Assembly (NCBI RefSeq): GCF_009914755.1
Contig: NC_060948.1
Reading direction: 5' to 3' (one strand)
From: the human T2T-CHM13v2.0 reference genome, Homo sapiens
DNA: 64,000 nucleotides
The position numbers and the translations under genes were made by a program. A model generated the notes under the pieces. The model did no database searches. It was not told where the DNA came from and worked only from the letters and a program-made list of their open reading frames with translations. Positions within the stretch are counted from its first letter, which is position 1. The number at the start of each line of letters is the position of its first letter. This document shows positions 18,714 through 35,957 of the stretch, one piece after another.

Positions 18714-19223
18714 ATATTTTACCAATAATTGTTAGAATCATCTTTATTTTCCAAAGATTGCTGTAGTAACATGAACTAAATAAAAGGCATCACACTTTTT
18801 ACTTTTCTGACAAAATATTTGATTTAAGCTTATATTATTATTAAACCAATTAATTAAAGCTCTTTTGAATTAACTAAAGTTTTCAGAGGACATAAACAGT
18901 GACTTTTACCTTTCATTTAACCAGTTTGCACATACAAAGAGACCAGAGACTGACTGGAAAGAAACACTCACACTTTTGCTGGCATTCCAGGTTTCTGGGT
19001 TCTCTCTCCCCGAGCTGCCCTGGCAACTCTGCTTGACTGTATGCAAACAAGCATATTTCCATAAATTATGAATATTCACCAATAGTTTACAAATTTTGGA
19101 GAAATTAGGCAGAGACAGAGAAATATTACTCATATTTTATTTATGAGCTTATACTCAAAACTTAAAGTATCTGCAAGCCTCAAATCAAGAAATTTCATTT
19201 AAAGATACAAAGATGGTGTGCTC

Positions 19224-22300
<3,077 letters not shown>

Positions 22301-24259
22301 GAAAGGTGTTGTGCTCCATTAATTCCTGTGGGCTTGACAAAGGTAGCTTAGGAATTCAAGATAAATGGAATGAATGCATAGTAATTCCTTGCTAGAAATG
22401 CATAGGAAACAAAGTAACTATTCACAGAACCAAATAAAAGCCTTCCACTAAGAACTAAAAATGTCATGGTTTTATATATATATATATATATATGCACACC
22501 CAAGCAAAGCCAGAGGAGAATAAACAGTAAAGAATAAAAACTAGAAGCAAAACTGAGCAGGAAACAAATGCTAAAGATTCCTACTCAATTTATCCTGAAG
22601 ACTACAGTGTTACATAGGACCTCCAAAACCCACTTATTGAATATTTTATTACTGATTCACAATTTAATACTCTTACATTTACCAGTATCATTATACATCC
22701 TATGCAATTGAGAAATTCACTTTAGGCACATGACCAATAAGTACTCTAGCACTATCCTTGCAAAACAGTAAACACAGTGTGAAGCAATGAAAGCATGTAT
22801 ATAAAATTTGGCTCCCCACTAAATCCGGCTTCATGCTAAACTATATTAAAGAAGAATTGCCAAATTGTCAATGCATTTCTTTACAATACATCTTATTTTA
22901 TTTTAATCAAGACCAAGAGCTTTAACTATGAAAATGTTAATTGCCAAATGTCTCTAATTCTCTACAAATTTTAAAGAATATTTTAATATTTAAACTTTCT
23001 CCACATCTTTCTCCCTTACCTAATGATTCCTTACTGCATTGTTTCATAAATAACCTCTTCACATCTGTAATTTAAGCTAACTTTTAGATTACTTCAGAAT
23101 TAACCAAAATTATTTTCTTTTCACTAATAACCTAACCCTTTCTGGCACATTGTATATAGAGGATTACATGTTAACTAGAATTTTTATCCTTAGTAACATA
23201 AAACTTTAGTGAAACCCTAAAAAGCAAGAAATCTTGAACTATCAGATATGGGCATTAATAGATAAGAACAATTCCACAATTTTAGAAATATATTATCTCC
23301 CTATTACAACCTTTTTTTAATGGAAATGCCTCAGATATTAAATGAGCATAAAAATAACTTTGAGATTTTGATTTACAGAAAAAGTTTACCTAAAACAATT
23401 ATCTGATTCACTTGTACTTAATTTTTTCCTTCAACAAGGGAGACATGAGACATTAATCAACATATGTGAAATGAAATTTGTTTGGTCCAGAAAAGTGGAC
23501 AACTCGAAGCAGGAAAGGGGCTTGGGGCTTTCATGGCACAGGTAACAAAGACAAACATAAAATGCAGAGAAAATGTATGCTGACAATTCTGAAGGTGTTT
23601 ATATTTTTATTCCATGAATAATTTTAAAGCTACCTTGTTTAGTAAAGTTATATTTCATGTGAACTTGAAAACTGCTTGGACTTATTTACTAATTTATGAG
23701 AGCTCTTTTACTTATAAAACAATTTGGTAGACACAACACTTAAGAATAAGTGTACATACAAATAAACACATCTAGAAATGTATACACATACATAAAGAGA
23801 TCCAATAGCTTGGAACCTTAGCCAAGCGATAGCAGTACAAGCTTACCAGTTTTACTGTGCCCCAATAGATAATCCAATGAAAGCTGTGAACCAAAATTTC
23901 GGGTAAAACACTCCATAACAATTTGAAACTATTGACCTCAGACAATTGCCTTCAATTTCCAAGGAGCCACAAGGAAACAGCCACTGAAAGACTGAAAAAA
24001 GAAAGAGGGGAAAAAAAAATGAAGAAGACACTGGTCCCTTTAGTGAACCAGGTAGTTGCAGTTAGGCACTTCCACATGGAAACCCCTTCATTTTCACTGA
24101 CCACAGCCAGGAACCTACAGTTGCTTTAATGTTTAGGCACTGCCCAACAAGAGTCCCGAGTTGGAAAGTAAATGAAAAAGAGAGAGATTCCCCTGTATGG
24201 AGCAGAAAGGAAAGAGAAAAATGAATCCCAAACTTTGGGTCTAGCTTTTCCTGAATTTT

Positions 24260-24277
24260 CTCCAGGCTGGCTCACCT
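24260..24277 (-). other. Retroviral primer-binding site, tRNA-Arg type
   Basis: ctccaggctggctcacct matches the tRNA-Arg(ACG) 3' end ctcctggctggctcgcca at 15/18 positions and lies 5 nt inside the LTR. Confidence 0.7.
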
Positions 24278-24282
24278 AAATA

Positions 24283-24649
24283 TGTTATTGGTGGAGGTTG
24301 TCCAGGTTCTTGGCATCTTGAACAAAGAACTGGATAAAATGCACAAACGAAGCAAGGAAGGAATGAAGGGATTTATTGAAAATGAAGGTGCACTCTACAG
24401 TGTGTGAGCAGGCCTAAGCACAGGAGCTCAAAGGCCCTGTTACAGAATTTTTGGGAGTTGAAGAGTTTAAATAGTCCCTAGAGTATTCTATTGGTTACTT
24501 GGTGTATGCTCTATGTAAATGGAAAGGATGAGGTATAGATACAAAGTCATTTACTCGGCATACGGCCTATGGAGAGGAAATTTCCTGTCATAGCTGAAGT
24601 GTGAATTGGCCTTATGTTTCCTGTCTCCAGATCCTATTTTTCTGCCTCA
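24283..24649 (-). mobile_element. ERV1 LTR, MER61/MER51-like (5' LTR of the provirus remnant)
   Basis: TG...CA termini. Minus strand begins TGAGGCAGAAAAATAGGATCTGGAGACAGGAAACATAAGGCCAATTCACACTTCAGC and contains AATAAA. Confidence 0.8.
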
Positions 24650-25026
24650 AAAGGAGAACATATATTTGAGGCTAGGCAGATCTTAGGTGTCAGGGTGCTG
24701 TGACTCCATTTTCCTCTGCTCATTGCCTTCCTCCTCTCCGTTGTTGAGAAGCTTTCATAGCTTCCTTTCCTCGGCACTCCAGATTCCAGCAGTCTGAGGG
24801 CCAACAAAAGACAGTCCCATTTGTCACAGTGGTTTCTAGGCATTAAAAAGACAGGTCAGGGGTGGTGGCTTACATTTGTAATCCCCATACTTTGAGAGGC
24901 CAAGGTGGGAGGATAGCTTTCAGGAGGAAGGGGGTATGGAAGCGTCTTGTCCAATCAGTCACCATTGCCCACTCCATGGCCAGAATCAGGGCCAAGAGTG
25001 GCTGAGGAGGTGATGTGGCTAGTTCC

Positions 25027-25112
25027 TTTTTTTTTTTTTTTGAGACAGAGTCTTGCTCTGTTGCCCAGGCTGGAGTGCAGTGGTGTGGTCTTGGCTCACT
25101 GCAAGCTCCATG
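25027..25112 (-). mobile_element. Short 5'-truncated Alu with TSD
   Basis: Poly(T) + Alu 3' end, flanked by gctagttcctt on both sides. Confidence 0.8.
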
Positions 25113-25267
25113 CAGCTAGTTCCTTACATAGGTTGTATTGTTTTCCTTATTTCGAATATTGTCTTATAATCAGAAATCATTTGGGGTGATGTTTCATTTA
25201 GTTATTCTTCAGCTGAAATATGAGCTTTTCAATTCTTCAATTCTTCCTTGTTTCCGAGGTCTTCAAG

Positions 25268-25585
25268 TTTAGATCACTTTGCAGGGACACGGATGAAGCT
25301 GGAAACCATCATTCTCAGCAAACTAACACAAGAACAGAAAACCAAACACTGCATGTTATCACTCATAAACAGGAGTTGAACAATGAGAGCACATGGATAC
25401 AGGGAGGGGAACACAATGGGGCGTGTCAGGGAGTTGGGGGCTAGGGGAGGGATAGCACTAGCAGAAATACCTAAAGCAAATGACGGGTTGATGGGTGCTG
25501 CAAACCACCGTGGCATATATATACCTCTGTAACAAACCTGCACATTCTGCACATGTACCCCGGAACTTAAAGTATTAAAAAAAAA
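25268..25585 (+). mobile_element. L1PA 3'UTR fragment
   Basis: ctttgcagggacacggatgaagctggaaacc...gaacttaaagtattaaaaaaaa. Confidence 0.9.
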
Positions 25586-25934
25586 GTTTGCGTATGTACC
25601 AGACACTACCACAAGGCACATTGAGTTTCAGGTGATTTGTATATTTGACATGCTTCACAAGTAAAGAACTTCCTCCTATATTTTTAAACACGTGTGGAAA
25701 GTTTTTTGTGGTAGATGGAAATCACAGAATCAAAAACAAAACAAAACAAAAGAACATGAATCAGAACGAAATAATGTTGTTAACTATTTTATTAAATCCC
25801 CTGGACAGATGGACTTGGAATCCAGGCCTAAATGGTGTGGGCATCTCATTTGGGCTCGGCTTCTGAAGTGTTACCCTCCCATATAATGGATGGTCATTTG
25901 CAGAGATTTTGCACACTTGCCATAGCACCTGGGC

Positions 25935-26150
25935 AGGCCTTCTCCAGTAGAGCACTCAGTATTTGGGGCTGCGTGATTCTCTGTAGTGGGGCCATCCTGG
26001 GCACTGCAGGGTGTTGAGCCTCATCCCCGGGCTCCACTCACCAGATGCCAGGACCACACATCCTCTCTTAGTTGCGACAACCAATAGTGTCTCCAGACAT
26101 TGCATAATATCCCCCAAGGAGGCACAGTCACACCCCTGTTGAGAATCACT
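25935..26150. mobile_element. MER20 (hAT-Charlie) DNA transposon
   Basis: Typical MER20 core gggcactgcagggtgttgagc...ccagatgcca...tgtctccagacattgc...gttgagaatcactg. Confidence 0.75.
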
Positions 26151-26471
26151 GCATCAGGGATAACACATTTTGTCAAGAATAAATGGCCTTTTTGTCCTGA
26201 ATGCCGCAGCTGGGTTTGATACTCAGAACAGCGGTCACACCTAGTTCTTAACAACAGTTCGCCATGTTCTTCGCCGTTTGCCCACCATGGAATCATTCAC
26301 CCCAGGCTCCCCGGCTCCGGGTCCCTGTTGCTTCCGCCGCGGCCCCCTGGCTGCTGGGAGCCAGCTGTTTATGCTCCACTTCCCGGAGCCCTTCCTGCCC
26401 AGAAAGTAGAGACTGTTCCCAGAACGCTCACCCGCGAGAGTTGATGGCTGTCCCTTGGGTTGCTTCCCCTG

Positions 26472-26722
26472 GATGGTGGTGTTCGACAGCCGACCCATAG
26501 AGTCCCTGTCCCTGACAGACGCCGTGACTCCTGACGTGGTGCAGACGCAGCAGCAGAAGTTCGGAGAGAAGCTCTCTCAGCAACAAGCCAGTGCAGCAGC
26601 CGCAGAGGCAGCAGCCATGGCAAAGGTGGCAACCATGACACCAGATGCCCTTTCCCAGCAAAATCCACCAAAGAATGGAGAGGCAACAGTAAATGGGGAA
26701 GAGAAAGGAGCACATGCAATCA
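26472..26722 (+). pseudogene. TBL1YP1: TBL1 pseudo-exon: Ala/Gln-rich linker
   Basis: [49 protein letters not shown]...[10 protein letters not shown]. Acceptor mutated (cctg), donor gtgagt intact. Confidence 0.9.
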
Positions 26723-27283
26723 GTGAGTGTGCAGGCTCTTGAAGTTCGTTGGGCTTCTCTGTGTTGATTCTTTTCTTCTAAATCTCGGCCAATCCGAATG
26801 CCTTCTTAAAGTCTGCTATCAGCGTCTTCGAAACTGCTCTCTAGTGTTTGCTTAAGATCAAGCCGGAAAAGCTTCCCCTTCCATTTTTTCAATCACAACC
26901 CTTCAACCTGCCCCTCTTTATTCTCATCTTCAACTTTAGGAAATCGCGTGCACTGCTAATCTGGGAACACTCCTATAACGCATGGTTATTGCCCATCATA
27001 AACAAAAGGGTTTAATTCGTGGACACGTTTGGTCTCAGCCTCTCGCCTTCCATGTTGAGTGTTTTTGGCCAAATTGTGGTATAATCGTTGAGCTCACGGT
27101 TTCTGCCGACTGCACTGGGCCCCAAACACTGGACATCAGGTTATTTAGTCTTTGCAAAATCCGAGAACATCATTCCCTGTTAGGTGATTGCCAGAGAGTA
27201 CATGGCAAGTCAGTCAGTGAGTCTGAACTTCTATCCAGAGAACCTGCTCCACTTGTACATACTACTCCTCTATAAACCTGTAG

Positions 27284-27685
<402 letters not shown>

Positions 27686-27699
27686 TAAGGCCTGAGATC

Positions 27700-27985
27700 A
27701 AAGTGAGGGCAGAGATGGTTTTTTTCTTAGGTCTCTCTCCTTGGCTTGTAGATGCTGTCTTCTCCCCGTTTCCACACATGGTCGTACCTCTGTAGGTGTC
27801 TGTGTCCTAATCCCCTCTTTTCATGAGAACAGCAGTCGCGTTGGGTTAGGGTCGACTGTAGTGACCTCATTTTACACTGCTTAACCTTTGTGAAGTCCCT
27901 GTCTCCAAATATAGCCTTATTCTGAGATCCTAGAAATTGGGGCTTCAAGATACAAATTTTATGGGGACACAGTTTAACCCATAAC
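27700..27985 (-). mobile_element. MaLR LTR (MLT1-type) fragment
   Basis: gtctctctccttggcttgtagatgctgtcttctcc...ggggacacagtttaacccataaca. Confidence 0.75.
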
Positions 27986-28129
27986 AGTCGCGATAGGTAA
28001 TGTGAAAACATGTGGAGTGCCACTCACACTATTTATGCAGAAACAGCTGGTGGCTAGATTTCATCCATGAGCTATAATTTGCTGGCCTCAATTACAAAGA
28101 GTAAATAATTGTTTTCCTGGGGAGCATTT

Positions 28130-28410
28130 AGAGACAGGGTATTGCTCTGTCCCCTAGGCTGGGTGCAGTGGTGTAATTATGCCTCACTCTAACCTCTACA
28201 TACTGGGCTTAATCAATCCTCCCGTGTCAGTGTCTTGAGTAGCTGGGACCATAGGCATGTGCCACTGTGTCTGGCTAATTTTTCAATTTTTTGTAAAAAT
28301 GGGGTTTGCCAAGTTGCCTGTGCTGGCATTGAACTACTGGCCTCAAGCAATTCACCATCCTTTGCCTCCCAAAGCACTGGGATTACAGGTGTAAGTTACC
28401 ACACTTGGTC
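28130..28410 (-). mobile_element. Alu (AluJ-like)
   Basis: Diverged reverse Alu. Confidence 0.85.
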
Positions 28411-28625
28411 AAAATAACTTTTTGTTTTTTGGTGAAGTTTAGAGACTGTGAAATTATAAAGAAATCTGATATATTTTCTAAATTGCACAAAAGCCACAAT
28501 TTAGTTAGACTCATTAGAAGTAGTATTACTTAGTACATAAAAACAAGATATTTCTGGAAACAAAAGTGCCCTTTAAATGCCTTCCTCTTGTATTGCCACA
28601 TGTCTCTTTATGTCTCCTGTGACGG

Positions 28626-28756
28626 ATAATCACTGAAAGCCAATGGAAATAGATGGGTATGTTGAGATTCCTCCCAACAAAGCCACAGTCCTTTGGGCCC
28701 ATGAGTCTGAGGTGTTCACTTGTGCCTGGAACTGTCAGTGATTTGCTAGCTTCCAA
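28626..28756 (+). pseudogene. TBL1YP1: TBL1 pseudo-exon (start of WD40-1)
   Basis: [44 protein letters not shown] at 28634-28636, 2-nt deletion, acceptor AG>GG. Confidence 0.9.
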
Positions 28757-29147
28757 GTAAGGAAGTCAGGATTGGGGCACTCCAGGGTCAGGGAGATGCA
28801 AGCTGCTTGCCCTTCTCTGGAGTTCTGCCTTAAGGAACATGCACTCCCCTTCTTATCCCAGTTTGGATGGACCCAGAAATGGGTGACTCTATGAGCCACT
28901 TCTCTATGGGTCTCATATTGTGCAGAAGCCATAGTTCAAGTCCTTTTCTCTGTGGGGTGAAGAGTAACACAAGGCAGTTAAAATTACCAAATGCAAAGAT
29001 GGCAAGGACAGAAACAGGCATCCAACGGTATGAAAAAAGGCAGAAGAGCACATGCGGACAATGTCACCTGGCCAGAGAGCAAGCTGTGGTGAGCTTTTCA
29101 TCCCATTTCAACCAAACGCCAGAGCCTCCTGTGTTTTTATTCTGCAG

Positions 29148-29295
29148 ATCTGAAGACTCAACTGCAAAGATATGGAACCTGAATGAGAATGGCAACAGGG
29201 CCTCCACCCAGCTTATGTTAAGGCACCGTATACCAGAAGGGGCCATGACATCCCAAGTAACAAAGATGTCAGATGTCATTTCACTGGACTGGAAC
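29148..29295 (+). pseudogene. TBL1YP1: TBL1 pseudo-exon
   Basis: [31 protein letters not shown]...DVISLDWN, with ag/gt boundaries intact. Confidence 0.92.
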
Positions 29296-29993
29296 GTAAG
29301 CATCTTCCACCCCCTGGGCACTTTGAAATTGGTAAAATCTGCCAGCCAGGCATGGGTTGCAGTGATGGAATGTGTGCAGACATAGGAGACAGGTGGTCCT
29401 ATGTACTTAGGCCCAACCTGGGGGGCTAGCCACAGAGGTGGTCTTGGCTTCTAAGAGCTCTTAATAAGGCCACGTCAGGCAGACAGTGAGCTGGTTGTTT
29501 GGTAGCCATATCTTTGCATCGTGAACATGTCTTAGCAAAATGAGCCTCTGGTCTCATGGTGGGGAAATAGGCTGGGAGCTATGAGGTATTTCTCCTGGGG
29601 AGACATGAGGTGCAGCCTAGGAAAGGTGCCTCTTCACCTTAGGATTTCAGCAACAAGTGTCATGTGCATTGACACATGGGATGCACACAGTTCCACTGCT
29701 TTTTATTTTCTGCAAAGCGTCATGATAACTTTCATCATGGTGTTTTTAGTTCCGTCACTCATTAGAGAACACAAAGTGGTGAATGGTTCCATTGTGTTTT
29801 CATTGCTCCCTTGTCTCCTTGGTCTTCATGCCGCATATTTGATTTAAGAGCAGGGTGTGCTAACATTGCATGGCACCAACTATTGCCTGAAGAACCCTCT
29901 GGACTTGGGATCCTGAGAGAGGCTCTCTGAGCTTTTTTGGTGCTCCCACTCCTAAGCTGTTTTTGTGAGTTTGTATCTCTTTCTGGCCCTCAG

Positions 29994-30057
29994 AGTGATG
30001 GAACACTATTGGCTACGGGTTCATATGATGGTTTCGCAAGAATATGGACAGAAAATG
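29994..30057 (+). pseudogene. TBL1YP1: TBL1 pseudo-exon (intact frame)
   Basis: [21 protein letters not shown], cag|...|gtaagt. Confidence 0.93.
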
Positions 30058-30166
30058 GTAAGTCCTGCACCCCTCCTGCATGGGTCAGGTAAGAGGAGCT
30101 GCCATACATAACCCTTGATTGAACAGACCATGACAACAGAACCAACATGTTTGTTTTTATTAACAG

Positions 30167-30265
30167 GTAACCTGACCAGCACCTCAGGCCAACATAAAGG
30201 CCCTATCTTTGCCCTGAAATGGAGCAAAAAAAGGGAATTATATTTTGAGTACTGGTGTGGACAAA
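30167..30265 (+). pseudogene. TBL1YP1: TBL1 pseudo-exon
   Basis: GNLTSTSGQHKGPIFALKWSKK/GNYILSTGVDK. +1 frameshift in an A7 run, splice sites intact. Confidence 0.92.
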
Positions 30266-30349
30266 GTGAGTATTAGCTTAAAATATGCCCCTTTGGCCTG
30301 TAGGTGCTTATTTATTTGTTTGTCTTTTACTGTTTTGTGGGGTAGGGAG

Positions 30350-30997
<648 letters not shown>

Positions 30998-31719
30998 ATT
31001 TTTTTAGATCTAAAAATCATGTCTTTTTGGAACTTTTAGGTTTTGTGCTTCCCCTTAAGAAATGGAAAGGGTTGGTTTAGGCTTTGTTTTTATGAGTTTG
31101 ATCTTTTTGTTGATTTGTAGCACATAATCTCTTAATATATTCTGCTGTTCTCTAGACCCTTGTGCAGTTTCCTTTTATGGGAGGTACATGGTTCAGTGAT
31201 TGATAGAGAGAAGAAAATATCCACATTGCATCTGTCAGTTGCTGGAAGGAGCCATGTGATGTGGGGAGTGCACTGCCTAAACTTTCACCCACTGAGGAAC
31301 TTGAGTAGCACAGGCTGTGAGTGTTTCTCAGGCTTCAGTTGTCCTAATTTGATTAACTGCTACTTCCCATTGTAGACGATAGATTTCTCTGAGCAGGAGT
31401 CAGCCTTCCTGGAAGAGTTATGCATTCCCAAGACTCACCAGGAATTCTAAGCCATGGCTTTGGGAAAGAAGCATTATCTAGAATTGAAAAAAAAAAAAAA
31501 AAAAAAAAAAAAAACTTACATGTTTTTACATCAACTTTTGTTTCTACAACTGGAAACCATTCCTGAATAACGGATGATGCTCAGGCTTTTATGAGACTTT
31601 GCATTTTGTGATAATGTCAGGATAACTTGAAAATCTTAAGTCACAGGTTTCTGTTGAAAGTTACTATAAAATGATAGACTTGACCTTTATACATTATCCT
31701 ACTCTTAGAGAAGTCATAA

Positions 31720-31945
31720 TTGCATTTGGCAAACTGTGGCACACACAGGACAAGTCTGGCACCTCATCTGTTCTTTTTTTAATAAAGTTTTATTGGCACA
31801 CAGTCACATTCCTTTGTTGGGACTTGTCCACGGTTGTTTTCATGCTGCAACAGCAGAGATGAGCAGCTGTAAGGGAGAAGACATGGTCTTCGAAACCTGC
31901 AATTCCTACTACATGGCCCTTGACAGAAAAAGCTTTCTGACCCCT
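31720..31945. mobile_element. MER58-type hAT DNA transposon
   Basis: ttggcaaactgtggc...aataaagttttattggcacacagtcac...tttctgacccct. Confidence 0.7.
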
Positions 31946-32929
31946 AGAGTAGGATATAACTAGGTCAAGAAATCATTCATTCATAAGATATCTCACTCTC
32001 TTTTATGTCAAGAAACCCTTCATTCAGACTTGGTAGCCTAGTGTATATTTTAAAAGCTGAGTTGTGGTTGATGCACTAAACATTCCCATTTAGCTACTAT
32101 CAGATTTTTGTCAAGATGTTTTAATTTCAAGTAATGTACATACAAAGCAGTTTGCTGTGCATTCAGTAGGCTCTCAGTAATTGCTGCTTGAGTTATTAAA
32201 AATAACTCATGAAATTGACAGCACTTTTCTTTATCAAGCACTTCACTGTTGTGTTAACTCATCCAGTACTACCCAGATAGGAGACAGGCACAAGTATGAT
32301 GAGTTTGTATATTCTCTGCAGTATTAGATTAGCTTTGGCATGGCTAAATAAAGTAGAGTTATATACTAACATCTAAAGAAATGTTAATAGGCCAAGGGCT
32401 GACCCAAAACCCATGATTACCAAGTTTCAAAGACACTTCTCAGTTTCTTCTAAAAATGCCCACAGTCAACAAACAATAGAATTCATTCTTCTTAAAGAAA
32501 AATCTTGACAGAGAAGTGTAGTTCCCAATTTTGTTGAAAATTCCAGCTGATGAACACAAAATTCCAATGCTATTCATTGAAGTCCTTCTCTAAATAATCT
32601 TCCCTACATCAGTATAAGTTCATAAGAACTAATATGGTCTACATTGCTTTTCTCCTTACTGATAGGCCTATACATTGATGCCTGGTCCCAGTGCATGCCA
32701 GTGACTCTGCCCCCATTTTTACTGCCCCCAGTTCATAGAGTCACAGGCAGAGGCATTTTGAGAAATGGCTTTTTTTTTGCAGCCTTGAACTTGGAAAAAT
32801 TCCAAAAAATCTTTAGAGATGCTTTGTTCTAGGTTTTTTAACAGTTTTCTGCATTTGGGGATGAGGAAGAATTTTGGCAGTTTTTGCAAGTGTTGGTTAG
32901 GCATGCTCTGATCTTAAAACTGACACCAG

Positions 32930-33207
32930 CATCTCTGGCTGATGGGCTCATCAAATGTGGCTATCCAGATTTCTAAGTATAAAACATGCTGTACTTCAAA
33001 GACTGAGGATGGGAAGAAAAGAAAGCAGATAGTGCAGTAAGATTTTGATAATGCTTACATGTTGAGATGGTATCCTTTAGGGAATATGGGAGTAAAATAA
33101 AAGATTGTTAATGAATCTTACATTTTTTTTTTAATTTTTAATGTGGATCCTAGAGAATTAAAACTAGTCCATGAGGCTTGCTTTCTATCTGCATCGGATA
33201 GTGCTGA
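32930..33207. mobile_element. MER33-like hAT DNA transposon
   Basis: aaatgtggcta...aagtataaaaca...ttacatgttgagat...ggatagtgctg. Confidence 0.55.
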
Positions 33208-33310
33208 TTTATAAGGAGAGAGGCTCACTGTCTTTTCTCGTAAGATACATGTTACTAGAGAAAACTTTGCAGGAGTAATTACTAACTTTCCCTTTGTTTG
33301 CAGAGCACAG

Positions 33311-33371
33311 ACAACAATAATTTGGGATGCTCACACAGGAGAAACCAAACAGCAGTTTCCTTTTCATTCAG
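33311..33371 (+). pseudogene. TBL1YP1: TBL1 pseudo-exon (intact frame)
   Basis: [20 protein letters not shown], cag|...|gtgagt. Confidence 0.93.
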
Positions 33372-33419
33372 GTGAGTTTTTATGTTTGCATTTTATAATT
33401 TGAAAATAATTCAAAACTA

Positions 33420-33830
33420 GGCTGGGTGTGGTGGCTCACACATACAATCCAAGCACTTTGGGAGGCTGAGACATGAGGTTCACTTGAGTCCAAGAGTTCA
33501 AGACCTGCCTGGGCAACATAGCAAGACCCTATCTCAACCAAAATTACAAGAAAAGAAAGGAAAAAAAAAAAGAAAAGAAAAGGAAAGAAAAGAAAAGGGA
33601 AAAGGAAATGGAAAGGGAGAGGAAGAGGAGGGGAGGGGAGAAGAGGGGAAGGGAGGGGAAGGGAGGGAGCAAGGCATGGTGACACACACCTGTAGTCCCA
33701 GCTACCCAGAAGGCTGACGTCAGCAGGAGGATTGCTTGAGCCCAGGTGATTGAGGTTGCAGTGAGCTATGATTGCACTACTGCACTCCAGCCTGGTTGAC
33801 AGAGGGAGATCTTGTCTCTAATAAATACAA
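33420..33830 (+). mobile_element. AluJ-like element whose middle A-linker expanded into a ~120 bp polypurine tract (33548-33669)
   Basis: Left arm ~33420-33540, GA-rich tract, right arm ~33670-33820. Confidence 0.8.
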
Positions 33831-33989
33831 ACACATAATAACAATAATTTAGACTTATATGAAATGCCCCTTAAAGTAAATGTGAATACACAGAACACAG
33901 AGCCCAGGGAGCCTATTTGGTCAGAAGGAGACCCATTTTGTGGCAAGCATTGCTCATAAGGTTTGCAAGATACAGATGACTTTGGCACT

Positions 33990-34600
33990 TGTCTACTCAC
34001 AACTCTCAAACACAGCAGTGAACCAGCCACAGAATCAGTGCAGCCCCCTTTCTTTTGTAATTCCAAGAGGGATGCTGCTTTGGGGGCTCCCCAAAACCAC
34101 ACCCAGGATTGCAACTTTGCTGCAAGGACTCCCAGGACTCAGCATATTCACAGCTAAGGTTCCTAATAGCACAATAATTTAGTGCAACATCAGTAAAGGG
34201 AAACAATACACATGGCCAAATCCAGAGCTTCAAAGGCTCCACTCCCAGTGGACTCTCACAGACCATGCTGAATTCTTCCAGAAATAAGTTGTAACTATAT
34301 CTGTGAAGTGTTTTCTAGCAGGCAAGCTCCATAGAGCCTCAGTGCCTAGGGTTTTTATTGGGAATTGGTTACATAGGCACCCATGGCCCAGCGCAAGCCA
34401 AAACTGCAGACCCTTGAAGGAGAGAGGGTGTGTGACATAAACTCACTATTTGCACCAGTGTTGGCAGAGTGAGCTACTTGCCTCTGTTAGTCAAGGGCAG
34501 GAACTCTTCAGACACCTAAATTCTCAGTCACTAGCCAAGGACTGGCCTTGCAAGCAGGCCTTTGTACAAGAGCAACCTTAGGCCTATGGTGTTAGTTCCT
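33990..34600. mobile_element. LTR fragment, MER21-like
   Basis: ttttgggggctccccaaaaccacaccc...caaatccagagcttcaaag...gtttttattgggaattggttacataggcac. Confidence 0.55.
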
Positions 34601-35654
34601 TCTTGCACAGATGTGAGGCTGCTGCTCTGGACATAACCACATCCATTTGCATGTGGGGGCCAGTCCAGGCCACATGCAGCACCTGGAGTCTAGAATCTGC
34701 AGAGATTCTGATTTACCAGTTTCCTACGTGAGTCTGCATTTTCTTTCCCAAGTTTCTTATCTGTGTATCTCAGTTCTGTTGTTAGATGTGGCCTCTTACA
34801 TTAAAACAAAGACTGGTGGCCACCCCTAGAGCTAACAGACTATTGGAAGACTTTAGACTTGTTTAAAGTGAACAAAAGGGAGTAGGTGCCACTTCCCTTA
34901 TTGACAAATGCCTGATACATCTTGAGGGAATCAATCCCTCAATGTCTGGGAGAAAAGTTGATTATTATATCACTTGTCCTTGGAGCACTGTCCAGGAGGA
35001 GATCTAAGTGTCTTTCCTGTCGGACAGTTTGGAGTGCTTAAATGGTATTCTGAATGGGAGTGCTAACCTCAAAAACTGTCCAAGATGGTACAGCACAACT
35101 CAGTTCCTGGGGAGGGCTCCAAGCAGGGCACATGGGTCCTGCAGGAGACAAGACCATGAGCCAGAAGTCCTGTTAAGGCATAATGCATGGGCGTCCACGT
35201 CTGTCATTCCACATGGTACCACAGCAGGGACTCTTCCTCATATAGGCAGTGCAGAGAGTGAGGGAGACCCAGGGAAGACACTGTTTCTGCCCTGCTGCCC
35301 TGGAGAGGAAGAGAATCTCCTCTGTGGCCACTCCTGCACAGCTTGGGACCTTCATCAAACACACCTCTTAGGGCTGCCAGTGAAATTAGTTTTTGGTGTT
35401 GCTTTAATTGAACACCATTGATGAGGCAGAAGGTGCTAAGACAAATAGCTCCAAATGCAGGCAGTACATGGACTACCTCATTCAGGAAGTGTTTTTCACC
35501 CCAAAAGGGAAACTCTGAAGCTGCAGCAAACTGTGATCACACCACTGCACTTCAGCCTAGGCAATAGAGTGAGATCTCTTTAAGTTAATTTTTTAAAAAG
35601 GAAATTTGAGAACTAAGAAATATAATGTCAGCATTGAAAATGTTAGTAGGTAGG

Positions 35655-35957
35655 TGTATTGGGCTGTTCTTGGATTACTATAAAGAAATACCTGAGACTG
35701 GATAATTTATAAGAGGTTTAATTGGTTCAAAGTCCTGAAGCTGTACAGAAAGCATCTGCTTCTGGGCATGCCTCAGAAAGCTTACAACAATGACAGAAGG
35801 TGAAAGGCAAGCAGGAGTCTCACATGGCTAAAGCAGGGGCAAGAGACATGAGGGATCTGCCTCCATAATCCAGACACCTCCCACCAGGGCCCACCTCCAG
35901 CACTGGGAATTATAATTCAACCTGAGATTTGGGTGGGGTAAAATATCCAACCACATC
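35655..35957. mobile_element. MaLR MST-type LTR with internal deletion
   Basis: tgtattgg...ctataaagaaatacctgagactggataatttataag...caacctgagatttgggtgggg...ccacatca. Confidence 0.8.

Noticed and set aside
28867-29385. 172-aa ORF, the longest in the track
   Set aside because: Intron sequence read through into one TBL1 pseudo-exon, not an independent gene.
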